Below, piece by piece: positions 36,632-48,339 of a stretch of DNA of 64,000 nucleotides. The translations under genes and the position numbers were made by a program. The notes under the pieces were generated by a model that was not told the origin of the DNA, did no database searches, and worked only from the letters and a program-made list of their open reading frames with translations. Within the stretch, counting starts at the first letter, position 1, and the number at the start of each line of letters is the position of its first letter. Source of the stretch: Camelus ferus (Eukaryota); NCBI RefSeq assembly GCF_009834535.1, contig NC_045696.1, forward strand, positions 100,132,001 through 100,196,000, read 5' to 3'.

Positions 36632-37763
36632 GGGGCCACTTTTGATATTTTATTCTAAGACATGTTTAGACCCTCTCTCCTGATTGTGTTCTCATACGAG
36701 AAAAAAATTTTAATGAAGGAAGGAATGTATCCTTTCTATAAATCTCCTGTAGTCAGTCAAACCACAGAACATTCATGTCCAGTTACATTATTGTAAATTT
36801 TATTTATTATCACATTCATGTATCATACATTAATTAATTTATTCAAATATTTGGTAAAATATGGTATTTCAGGCAGTGTTCTGGGCTCAGGGATTAGGAG
36901 TGATCTAATGATCTAAATTATCTAAAATTATATTGATATGATTAATCTGTCCCTCAGGAGGCTTCTTTTCTGCTAGAATGTTCTCAAGTATAACAGATAA
37001 TTACTATCCAACTGTCTATCTTTGCAGTGATTCCTAAGTAAAATTAAGGTAGAAGTTACTCTGATGGTATTCCCAGCCTCTCTTTTCGAGGGATCCCATC
37101 CCTGAATGTTGCCTCGCCTTTGCTCTAATCCTTTTCACATGCTTCCAGCTTCTTGGACCCTCCCCTATTAAAGCACACACTGAGGGAAGACCCAGGTATT
37201 AGCAGCTCAAGTGAATGGCAGTCAGTGTGTTAACCTCTTTCAGAAGCACCTGTAAGATAATGTAAGACTGGACTGTCCTGTGTAGGGGCCACCCTAGCTG
37301 ATTCATTCTCCCTAAGCCACTGAGACAGTTGCTTTCTCTGTGGCTGGTCGACATTAAACTGTCTTGAACTTCCTGACAACTGCAGTCAGGAGGTGACACA
37401 GCAGAGACACCAATGAGTAGGAATCGAGATGGGAGCCATCTTTGTCAACGTAGCTTCTTCTAGACGCTGTGACTGTCATGGGAAGGTGCTTTCCTTGTAT
37501 TTTAGACAAATGTCTCAATAGTTTACAGTGAAACTGGATGAAAGTGTTCTATCTGGACAGCTCTGCGAATAGCCCTCTGATTGGGTGCAGATAGGCTGAT
37601 TTTGCTTGATTAAAAAAAATGGTTTTGATTCCATTCAGCTTCAGAAAAGATCTTTGTGTAAATGGATACAGTTTAATATCTGTCTCATCAGTCTCTTTTC
37701 TAATGCTGGTCTGATTTAATTCTGTTGTTTTTATCTCCTAATTGTTTTGTTCTGTCCCAACAG

Positions 37764-37806
37764 TTGGACAACATACACGTTCTTCAGCACTTTGAACCCC
37801 TGGAAA
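37764..37806 (+). CDS. PLSCR4: PLSCR4 exon 5: LDNIHVLQHFEPLE
   Basis: caacag| acceptor and AAA|GTATGT donor, 43 nt, phase 0 to 1. Keeps frame with both neighbours. Confidence 0.95.
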
Positions 37807-38879
37807 GTATGTATAATTTTGTAGTGTCCAGCAATATTTGAATCAGGTGGAAATATGCATTATCCAATATCTAGTTCCTTATTTATATTGGTTATTTTTT
37901 AGTGGTTCCAAGAGAAAAGACTGTCCTCTACTATGCTGTCTTCAAGAAAGTAATAAAGGGACCTACTTTGTATTATTTTATCTATTTACACAACATTAAT
38001 AAGCTTTTGGACTTGAACAGGACTTACGTTTTATCTGGTCGACTCCCCTACCCTTTACCCATCTCAACTCCTCCATATTAGCTTTTCATGGGCAAGAAAA
38101 AGAAGGAGCCAAGAGGCTAGATGAGTTAGCCAAGGGCATCCTTGTCAGCTAATCAGTGGCAGAACTGGAAATAGAATCTCAGTTTCCTGAATTCTAAGCC
38201 CAATGCTATGGAAGTAAGAAGAAACATGATGCCTGTTCACAGTTCATCCTCACAAGATCCCTGACCCTCTCTGTAGCAGACCTACACCTTCCTTTCCTTC
38301 ATTTGACCACCACATAGAGCCTTTGACTCTGCTTGGTTCTTTTTCTTATTTGTAATTACTAATGACACTGATCATCTTGGTATATTCCATGAACCAATTA
38401 ATTTATGATCTAATGCATAATTGCATTTAAATGGTTTTATAATTTAAGTTTTGTTTTGTTTTGTTTTTTAACCTCACCCAAGATACATCTAAAAAGCAAT
38501 GGAGTCAGGATTTGAACTCATGTCTGTCTGACTCCAGCCAGGCTCTTAACCACTGTGCTGGGATCATTAGTGCCTTAATTAAAGTTTTCTGAATTCAGGT
38601 ACTCTAGGAATATTGTTTCAATCTTGGCTTTTATGTGGAAAAGTTTTAAAAATCATTTTGTACTGAACTTCTTAAAAGAAATGTTTTAAATTTTGAGTTA
38701 CGTAAATTTTTATAGGACATATGAATTATCTTCATGTTCTAATAATTGCGTATTTTCCACCTGAAATTTTTTTAAAAAGCCATTTTGCTTTAAGTCCCTG
38801 TGAAATTACTACAGAAGGACTTCTTGAGGCCCATTTTACCTGCCTCTTAAATAAGACAGTTCTCTCATTTTACTTTTAG

Positions 38880-39106
38880 TGATAACACATTTTGAAACTA
38901 ATAACAGATATGATATTAAAAACAACCTGGGCCAGATGGTTTACTTTGTGGCTGAAGACACAGATGACTACACCAGGAATGCTTATCGGACACTGAGGCC
39001 CTTCGTGCTGCGGGTCACTGACTGCCTGGGCCAAGAGATCATGACACTGCAGAGACCTTTCAGATGCACCTGCTGCTGCTTCTGTTGTCCCTCCGCCAGG
39101 CAAGAG
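38880..39106 (+). CDS. PLSCR4: PLSCR4 exon 6: MITHFETNNRYDIKN...RPFRCTCCCFCCPSARQE
   Basis: ttttag| acceptor and GAG|GTCAGA donor, 227 nt. FETNNRY motif and the Cys cluster (39065-39088) that corresponds to the scramblase palmitoylation motif. Confidence 0.97.
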
Positions 39107-40658
39107 GTCAGAGAACGGAAGCCCTATCCATTGCTTCTTCCTGGTCCAACTCTGCACTGCACGGTTGTGCTCCTGCCAGCACCGCACAGGAGGGGACTTG
39201 CACTGGCTCTGCCAGTCGGAATGGAAGAGGCAGTGGGGAGTGGGGAGTCAAATAGCCTCACGATGGAAAATCACGAAGGCATTTTTCTTGGGGGTCCGTG
39301 TCTTCAGGTGCTAGTTGGTGGATCAACACAAATTAGGGTTATTTCGTCAGTGATCACAATCTGTCAGTTGTGTCCACGGACTTAGAAATTAGCCTGTTAC
39401 CTAGAACAGCAGCCACACACATTTGTCTCCGTGTTCCTCCATAGCCCCAAGTAAGGTAACACTAAACATAAACGTGCTTTTAGAGTCGGAAGGAGCTTCA
39501 GATAACTTTTTCTCTGTCCATCATCATCATCTACGTCTTCTACAGATAAAGAAAGGGTGGCTCAAAGAGATTGTCTGAGGGTGATGTCATACTTGGTAGA
39601 TGCTGGAAGTGGAAAGCAGATGTGCCAAGTTACAGTTCAGTTACGCTTCTATAACTTGAGTAGCCAGAGGAAAAGTTTTCGCTAAGGAAAAGAAAAGCAG
39701 TTTTAGGGAGAGATTCCAAAAGAATTTGAATTTCAGATATGCCACCAACTTAAACTTGGGCAATTTATTTTACTTAACCTCTTTGAGCCTCAGTGTTCTT
39801 AATACACAAACGGGACAGAATAATACCCCATAGGATTCCTGGGATATTTAAATTGTATGTTAAGTACCAGCATTTACAGTAGTGATTTATTTACAGTCCT
39901 CTCTGGGCCTTGATGTATTCATCTGTAAAATGGAGATATTAATAGGACCTGTCTTACAGGATGGTTGTTTTGAGGACTACATAGTAAATAAACATCAATT
40001 GTGTTAGCACAGTGTCTGGAAAACAGTATAGTGCTCAGTGGATATTAGCAGTTGTCAGGTAGCTTTCTGCTTTGTCAGTATTGTCTTTGTAATCACAGTC
40101 TTATACCTGAGGTCAATCTCCACCTCATCCTATGCTTATCCATACATTCTCTTGTTTTCACAACATACAATTTTCAGAATGCCTCTTGTCTCTTGTTTTC
40201 TATTATAAATGTCGTGACTGAGATGTAAATCAAAGAAGCTAGCTTGTTACTTTCTGGTGGATTGTGCCAGGAGACATGAGACACCTAGGTCAGGGTCAGA
40301 GAACTTCATTACAGCCCAGTAAACAGCGAGAGCGCCAGCCTGTGTGCGTGGGTCCCCTTGTTCTACAGGCATGACTTGGAGGATCCCAAAGAGATGCCGT
40401 ATCTACAGCTGAGGAACACTGAGCTTGCAGAACTGACCATTTTATAACAAGCAGTCATTTTGTCCCAAAGGGGATATGACCTCATCTCAAAGCTGTTCAC
40501 TGAATTGTAACCCTAAGAAATAACCCAGGGGAAACGGACGACTTTCTCCCAGCAGCAGCTTCCCTGGTCCTTGAATGCATTGAGAACCCATCTAGGCAGT
40601 GTGTACATGTATATGTATAAATGCAGCATCTTTGCCTCTATCACTGCTTCACTTCTAG

Positions 40659-40820
40659 CTGGAGGTGCAGTGTCCTCCTGGCGTCACCATTGGCTTTGTT
40701 GCCGAACACTGGAACCTGTGCAGGGCAGTTTACAGCATCCAGAACGAGAAGAAAGAAGATATGATGGGAGTGCGTGGACCGTGCTCAACCTATGGCTGTG
40801 GTTCTGATTCTGTTTTTGAG
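40659..40820 (+). CDS. PLSCR4: PLSCR4 exon 7: LEVQCPPGVTIGFVAEHWNLCRAVYSIQNEKKEDMMGVRGPCSTYGCGSDSVFE
   Basis: ttctag| acceptor and GAG|GTAACC donor, 162 nt, open frame. Confidence 0.96.
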
Positions 40821-42164
40821 GTAACCTAATGTTAAAGTGATGTCTCCACTGTTTTTTTTACGTGTCCTAATAGACTCAGGATGATCTGATTTTAGATGAT
40901 TTTTGTTGGTGAATGAATAAAGCAGTGTGCGGAAAGAGTTAACTAACCAGCTGACAATAAAAAGTTTTTCAGATTAATCTTAGGTGATTGCTGAAGGTTT
41001 TCCAAAATGTGAGCTCCTTTTTTATGATTTCAGTGTTTGATAAAGATAAGAGGAAACCATTTCAAACACTAAACCTGAGAGTAAATAGGCTGACCTAATC
41101 CATTTACTTTATTCTTGGCTGTATTTCGTTCACCGCTTTTACCAAAGATGTCCAGGATCAGAATATAGGTCCTGAGTAACAGAAGTCCCCAACACATCAG
41201 GAAACAAATGGAGCACCCTGAGGTTGCACAAATTGCTTATTTGCAAAATGGAAGCCTGTCTGCATCCTCAAGAAACAGGACAACACTGATAACATGGATA
41301 AAACTCATAGCAGGCTATAACATTTTCTGGAAAAAGGAAAATTCTTTTGTTTTACCTTTATCCCAATGGCTACAAGATGATTCCTTATTACCTTAACAAT
41401 TCTGACATAGGGGATTCCTGGGCTTCTTAAAGCATTCTTTCTAAATGACTTGAAATTCAACAAGACTCAATTGCTCATTCAGATATTTTCTGTGACACCC
41501 AATAAACTTTCTTTAGTTCTCATTTTATGTAACCATATCACCAAGTATGACTTATTTATTAAAAGACCATTGTAGATACATAGAAAATGTAGATAAGCCA
41601 GACTTCGGGGTCAGGGTGTGTAGAGATTATTATTTTCCTTGTGGCAGGTGTCAAGGTCCCTCTTTTAGAAGCTGAAGCCCTTTGGGATCCTGACACACTT
41701 TAAGAAGACAGGGTTCATTTGGCCCACAGAAGCCTGAGTGGTTGTGTGGAGTTTGTGAAGTGCAAAGAACCTTGTCCCTGTACTTTTGTTCACATGTTTC
41801 CCTAGACTGGAAAAACACTCCCTCCCAGACCCCAGTTCTCTCCTTTTGTGATATGGAAAAGAATTTCAAAGTAAATTCTAATCATACGTCCTCTGACAGG
41901 CTTTCCTAGTAACTCATTTGAGGGTGAAGAAAGAACTCTGGCCTGAGAATTGTGAGATACACCCCAGCTCAGTTATTAATCAGTTGCAAGGCACTTAACC
42001 CTACTTGGCCATCATTTCTTGTCTGAAATTGCACGATTACTATGTTCATTCCCTGCACTCTATTTATGCGACCTCAGTGTAAACTGCTTATAAACAGAAG
42101 AACAAAGCATGAATTTTAATACTTTCAATCATCATAAAGTCACACTCTGGTCTGGTCCTTCCAG

Positions 42165-42323
42165 GTCAAATCCCTCGACGGTGTATCCAGTATCGGCAGT
42201 ATTACTAGGAAGTGGAATGGTATGTTATCAACCATGAGTGATGCTGACCACTTTGAAATTCACTTCCCATTAGACCTGGATGTGAAGATGAAAGCCATGA
42301 TTTTTGGAGCTTGCTTCCTTATT
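42165..42323 (+). CDS. PLSCR4: PLSCR4 exon 8: VKSLDGVSSIGSITRKWNGMLSTMSDADHFEIHFPLDLDVKMKAMIFGACFLI
   Basis: ttccag| acceptor and ATT|GTAAGT donor, 159 nt. NLS-like GSITRKWN (42195-42218), Ca2+-binding-like DADHFEIHFPLD (42240-42275) and the start of the C-terminal helix. Confidence 0.97.
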
Positions 42324-43183
42324 GTAAGTCTTTTGCTTTTGAGTTATCTTGAGAAAATTATTTTCCCCGATGAGAAGCAGTGTCATGTAATAGAAAGGCA
42401 GTAAGGTTGGAAACTATCTGTCACTTACTAGTTACATGTGTTGCAGTGTGTAGCATTTGCAAGCCTCAGTCTCCTCATCTGTAAAATGAAAATAAAAATA
42501 CTTATATATTTTTTTCTTAGGGTTATGAATAGTAGGCTATCATATGAGTAAAGGGGCCAGGAGAGTGCTTGAAAGATGGTAGGCATCCACTGGGTGTAAT
42601 TGTCATTATTGCGTGTTACTTACTGTGCTCACCAGTTAAAGACGCCTGTCCTATGATTTCTTAGTGAAATAAAATAACTCTAAAGCTGATGTTCTTTCCC
42701 TTCACCTACTGCCTCTCATCAGTGTCCTCCTCGGCGTTGGACCCTCCTAACTGACGGTACAATCCCCTTGCTGTGCTCATAATTCATCGTTAAGATTCAT
42801 GAGAAAAACATAGAAATAAAATTGATAGCATTTACCTTAAAAACCTGATTAACATATTGCAATTGGTATATTTAACATGTTTAATGTTGATTATCAAGCT
42901 TTTCTACCTCCCAACAGTGAAAATTTACTTAACTGGTCCCCCAAATGGAAAGCTTACTGCCTTCCCACAATTTGCAATCACTGTTCTTCATCTTAGGTTC
43001 TCTTCATGCAGATGTCATTACACTGATATGTTCCTAAACTGGAATGAGAGGATCACCTGATAAAGGATAACACGTTGTGCATTGCACCTAAATTATTGAC
43101 CTATTCACTTTCTTTATTTATATAATTATCTATCTATCTAATTTTATATCTAACTATACATATAATTCTTTTTCCAATTTCAG

Positions 43184-43240
43184 GACTTCATGTATTTTGA
43201 AAGCTCTCCACCACAACGTTCATCCCCTCATCATGATTGA
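43184..43240 (+). CDS. PLSCR4: PLSCR4 last coding exon: DFMYFESSPPQRSSPHHD-stop
   Basis: tttcag| acceptor and TGA at 43238-43240. The spliced CDS is 7+105+236+43+227+162+159+57 = 996 nt, or 331 aa plus stop. Confidence 0.95.
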   Translation, partial: DFMYFESSPPQRSSPHHD

Positions 43241-44624
43241 TGGACACCGCAAATCAGCAATTATGATTAATTAAAAAAATTTAGAAAAGTTGATTGGGTT
43301 TACAGTCAGCCCTGAATTATTTGCAAATATATTTATCGGCTTTTGCAGATTATTGTTATTGGGTGTAGCTTTGTTTGACAGGCAGGCTGAGAGCGTAAGT
43401 TTAAGAACACAATCCAAATATGTGTTTTGATTGAGTATCTCCCTGTCTCCTTGGTAGACTTGGAGTTTACCCTGAAAAAGCTATGACTCAGTAACCAAGT
43501 AAACATCTGTGCAGTGAGCTTGAAACACTTCAGCATGAACCAAGGGCAAGTGAATCCCAAAGCGCTCACGCTGACTCATAGTGAAATGACAGGCTTTCGA
43601 CAGCAGTCTTTGTTGAGATAGAGAAATACAGCTTCTGTCTCTAACCCTCCCCTCTCCATCATCATGTCCAGTTACTGTGGACAAATTGGATTCCAGGTTG
43701 GAAGAACGATACACTTCATTGTTAAAAATGAAAAGAAAGTATTATGTTTTATTGCACAAGGAAAATTTTACTTGTGCATGTGTGCTAAAACCTCATTATG
43801 CAAAGTTCATAAAAGTTTCAATGGAAAATTTTATTTTACTACGTGATAAAACGTGTTTTTTATATCGTAAGGTTATATTTTCCTTGCCTGTTCCCTCACT
43901 TACTGGCACGGACAATCTGGAGCTGCCTCTATTTGAAAGTAAGGTTAGACTGTCAGGAAAAGAGGTGACCAGTGCATAACCCATCTAGATCTCTGGGCAG
44001 TTTAGACACATCAGTGTCCTTAGGAGCTTGCCTTTAATGTGTCTAACCTCTCTTGGTCATAGATGCCTTATGTATAAAATATGTTTGGCCAAATCACTGA
44101 GATTGCCTACTGAACCTTAGTTATCTATTTAATGGGGCACAGAGGAGATGATTGTTGGGTTGTTTTTTTTTTCTTACAAGAAGATTCCTGATGATTACCA
44201 TGCTGTTCTGATTGCAAGAGTTGTTGTTTCATTCTTAAATTTTGAAATGTGACATTCTGTTACCCTGTAAAATTGTGTAAAAGCAAAACTACAAACACAG
44301 ATGTGGCTTAGTATGGCTTTGCGTTTTTTACTTAAATGATAGACAAATCTGTATCCATGCCAAGAGAATGATAAAACACAGCAAACATGCTACCTATCTG
44401 GGATCTGCTAGCTTATCAGTAAAGATAATTTGGATCAACATAGGTAAAGTATAAATTGGACTTGTCTGTGTTAACTGGTTCAAAGCACAGAGTATATTAG
44501 TGCATACACTCTGATAAATCAGCTTGCCTCTACTGCACTTCCGCTTTTTATCTGGATATGAACTGTGTTCTTTCAACACAGCCAGTACATAGAATGGAAT
44601 GTATCCTTCTGTTGCTCCTTATTA

Positions 44625-44630
44625 AATAAA
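44625..44630 (+). terminator. PLSCR4: Candidate proximal polyadenylation signal AATAAA
   Basis: Canonical hexamer in the 3' UTR. Its use is not demonstrated. Confidence 0.4.
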
Positions 44631-45251
44631 GCAAGTGTTATTAGGTATAAGGTAAAGGCCTTCACCCTCAATTCTTATTGAAGTGAAAGGTGCCTCATTT
44701 TTAAATTACATTCATCTTTTCATGGTAAATGTTGTTTTACTCAGTTTCTTGTAATGTTCATTTTTATGTGCCACTACTAGCTTTTTTTAAAAAATGGTAA
44801 AAGCTACTGCTTTCTAAAATAATAATTACCCTACATTTGAAAAGGCAATTGTAGCCTTAAATGGACAGCTATATTGTTTCTTATAATGAAGTCTGACATT
44901 TTATATAGGAAATCAGACAATAGTATTCAGAAAGTTTATCTATATAAACGTTACATTTTATCTTGCCTACATCCCTCCATTCTAATGCCAAATGCATACT
45001 ACTAAGAAAAAATTATTTTTAGCATATGACATTTTAAATTTCTGTTCAAAGTTTTTGTGGTATTAACATGTCTTTTGCAGTTACAGTTTCTTTAAAAATA
45101 CCATGTTTCTTATATTTTTATATTTACAGCGCATATCGTTTTTATATTTCTTAACATTTCATCCTTTAGAAGTGATCAGATTGATTAAAAAAACAAGCAT
45201 TCTCTGAAACCTGTGTGTTTTCTTGCTTCATCATACTGTTTTTGGCTTTTA

Positions 45252-45257
45252 AATAAA
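45252..45257 (+). terminator. PLSCR4: Candidate distal polyadenylation signal AATAAA
   Basis: Canonical hexamer with U-rich sequence upstream and GU/U-rich sequence downstream (about 45283-45310). It lies immediately before a MaLR element. Confidence 0.6.
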
Positions 45258-45313
45258 TATGATATGACTTGTAGTAAAATACTGTTCTATTTTTGATTTG
45301 TGGGTTGAGTCTT

Positions 45314-47100
45314 TGCTATAGACCGAATGCTTGTATCTCTCCCCTGCCAAAGCTTGTGAATTACCCAGCATGGTGGCTTTGGAGTGGGGCCTTTGTGGGG
45401 TGATAGGTCAGGTGGGACCCTCATGAGTGGAATTAGTGCCCTTAGCATCTGCCAGTGTTGATCATGGACTTCTCAGCCTCCAAAGCTATCAGAAATAAGT
45501 GTTTGTTAAAAGAAAGGAAGGAAGGAAGAAAGGAAGGAAGAAAAGAAAAGAAAAAGGAAGGAAGGAAGAAAAGAAAAGGAAAAGAAAAGGAAGAAAGAAA
45601 GAAAAAGAAATAAGTGTTTGTTGTTTAAGCCACTCAGTCTACAGTATTTTTGTTATAGCAGCCAAAACAGACAAGGACAAAAGTTGGTACAGAGAAGTGA
45701 GGATGCTGCGTAACAAACACGTAAACATGTAGCAGTGACTTTGGCACTGGGTCAGGAGTGGAGGCTGGAAGTTTTAAGGTTCATGCTAGAAAACACCTTG
45801 AGTGCCGTGAGCAGAATTGTAAAGATGATTCTACTGAGACCTCAGAAAAGAGGAGAGCTGTAGAGGAAGCCTCGGTCTTCTTAGAGAGTACCTAAGTAGC
45901 CATGAACAGAAAGTTGGTAGAAATATGGACAAAAAGGCCATTTTGATGAGAGATCTCAGGCAGAAATGAGGAACATGTTATTGAAAACCGTAGGAGAGGC
46001 GAGCCTTATTATAAAGTGGCAAACAACTTGGCTGAGTTGTATTCATGTTCTAGTGTTTGGTGGAAGATAGAGCTTGCAAGTGGTGAACTGGGATACTTAG
46101 CCGAAGCAATTGCTAAGAAAAGCGCTGAAGGCACAGCTTGGCTCCTCCAGACTGCTTCTGGTAAAATTCAAGCCGAGAGAATTGACTTAAAGATAGAATT
46201 GTTAAGCAAAAAGGAAGAAAAATGCAAAGATTAGGAAAATTCTCAGCCTATCCAGATTGCAAAAAGTTAGAACACTGAGGGTGTGTTCAAGTGACCGCAG
46301 GGAATAGTGGGTCTGGGCCATCTGAACAGAAACCAGACGCTACTCTCGAAGACAATGAAGCATGACCCCCAAAGGGGACTCAGAGATCAGCAGAGCTGCC
46401 ACTCGCATCACAAGCCCCAAGTACAAGGGCCTGGGGAGCAAAGGGGTTCAAAGAAGGGACCCCAGCAGCCGTGGGACCTATGTGCCAGCTGTCTGGTGCC
46501 ACCTCACTCCTTGGGCTCCGACCTCTGCACTCTGGTGCCACGCTCCTCTGCCACCAGGCACAGCGGCTCTGGTGGATCCTGGTGTGGCGCAGGCCTCAGT
46601 GGCTGCCCCTCCAAGGGCCGTAGGCACCAAATTTTGATATTGTTCCTGTGACCCTGTCTCCCCCGGCACAGGCCTAGGAGGCTGCCTCCACCTAGAATTC
46701 AAAGGACTCAGCTACCTGGGAGAGTCATGGGCTGAGGACCCCAGACCCAGAGAGCCACGGAGCCCAGGCAGCTTCTGCAGGCCTTCCTGCTGTGCCCTGG
46801 GCTGACACTGCCACTCCAGTGAGTCTAGAAGGTAGAGTTTTGAGGCAAAGGTCATTCTTGAGCCTTAAGATTTAGTGTTGTTTGTCCTGTTTGGTCTTAG
46901 ACTTACCTGGGACCTGTCCCTCCTTTCTTCTTCCCTGTTTTATCCTCTTGGAATGGAAATGACCGCCTGCTGTGATTTGCAAACACTTAACTTGCTTGGC
47001 TTCACGGGTTCCCAGCGGAGAGCACTTTCCCTCAGGATGAGTCACACCTTGAGTCTCACCCGTATCTGACTTGGGTGACTTTGACTTGGACTTTGCAGTA
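45314..47100 (+). mobile_element. MaLR (MLT1A-like) LTR 45314-45679 plus internal sequence
   Basis: TGCTATAGACCGAATG start and GTTTAAGCCACTCAGTCT...TTGTTATAGCAGCC...GACA end, followed by MaLR-internal-like sequence. Confidence 0.8.
45508..45605. repeat. Purine-only (GAAG/GAAAA)n tract
   Basis: Read directly. Flanked by a 17-bp direct repeat. Confidence 0.95.
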
Positions 47101-48339
47101 GTGATGAGAAGCAGTAGCTATCTGATATAATGAAGTCATTTATAAATGCTTATTTCTAATTCACTTATTTAGGACGCATTTAAACTTCAAGTATGATTCG
47201 AATGCCAATATGTCATGCAGAAAACTGCTAGAATTTGTCACTGTCAGAGAAGGATGCATTTTAAAACATTTTTTTCTTAATGACCAGATGTCCCAGAAAT
47301 TTTACAAAAAGCTAATTACCAGACTAATTTACTAGCTGGATTTTCCAATTAACTAGATGTTAAATTAAGTTCAAGTATAGGATAAGCCATGATTTCAGGG
47401 AATGGCATTTTGCCTCTGTTGGGACAGCTGGTCCCTTTTCTGTCTTTTCCCCTCAGTGTTCAACATTTAATGTAATTTATATTGAAAGATGCAAGCTTGG
47501 GAAACCCGTAGGTCTGGATTTAATAAACTCTAATACCAAATTCAGCTTTCTGGCTGGTGATAGCTAATATTTAAAATGGATCTATTCCCCTAATTTGGTT
47601 GACCTTCACAGAAAGCATTTCCCATTTGACTTCAGGCCTCCTAAATCATAAATCCCAGAAAAGAGAAAGAATGATACATTCCAAATGTAGTCAGAGTGAT
47701 GTAGCCCAGAGCGCTACTTTATACGTAACGCGGTTAATAATAGTGCACGGTAGGCATTCACCTCTGCCTAACAAAGAACAATAAACTCAGTGGATGTATT
47801 TTTGAAATACTTGTTACAGTAGCCAGTAAAAAGTTTTAACATCCTCTCTACTATTTCACTCTATCAATAATTACTTCATTCTAAATTCACAGACGCTGAG
47901 CTATTTGTAAAGGCAGAGGGAACTGCAAAAGAACACAGTTAGTATTCTCGGGCTCACAGGCTAGTGGATGAGACAGATTTTTAAACAAAACACACACCTT
48001 TGAGGATCACAATGGATACATGTTCAACGGAATGTGGGCACATTCCGTAGAGGCCATGTGGCTGGCATGATCTCAGGTGTTGTCTGATGTATTTCTGTGG
48101 CATTTAATCAGACAGTTCAGGCAGGCTGGTTGTGTCATATGCCCCGGTCTACTTCCTGGCACTGCTAGAGGTGAGTAAGATGCATTTTACAGCGTATTGG
48201 CAAGCTGAATACATGGGAGACGTAACTAAGAAGTCAACTTAGCAAATTTTCATCAAGCAAAGCAGGGGTTGATGGTTTATTACAGTAAATACAGAGCCCA
48301 GGACAGTGGTACATCCTACTTGTTCAATGAACATTCGTT

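Noticed and set aside
39107..39385. Open-frame continuation of exon 6 (168-aa ORF)
   Set aside because: Scramblase similarity stops at the GT donor after 39106 and exon 7 continues the protein in frame. The extension is intron.
45499..45732. Lys/Arg-rich 77-aa ORF
   Set aside because: It is only the translation of the purine microsatellite.
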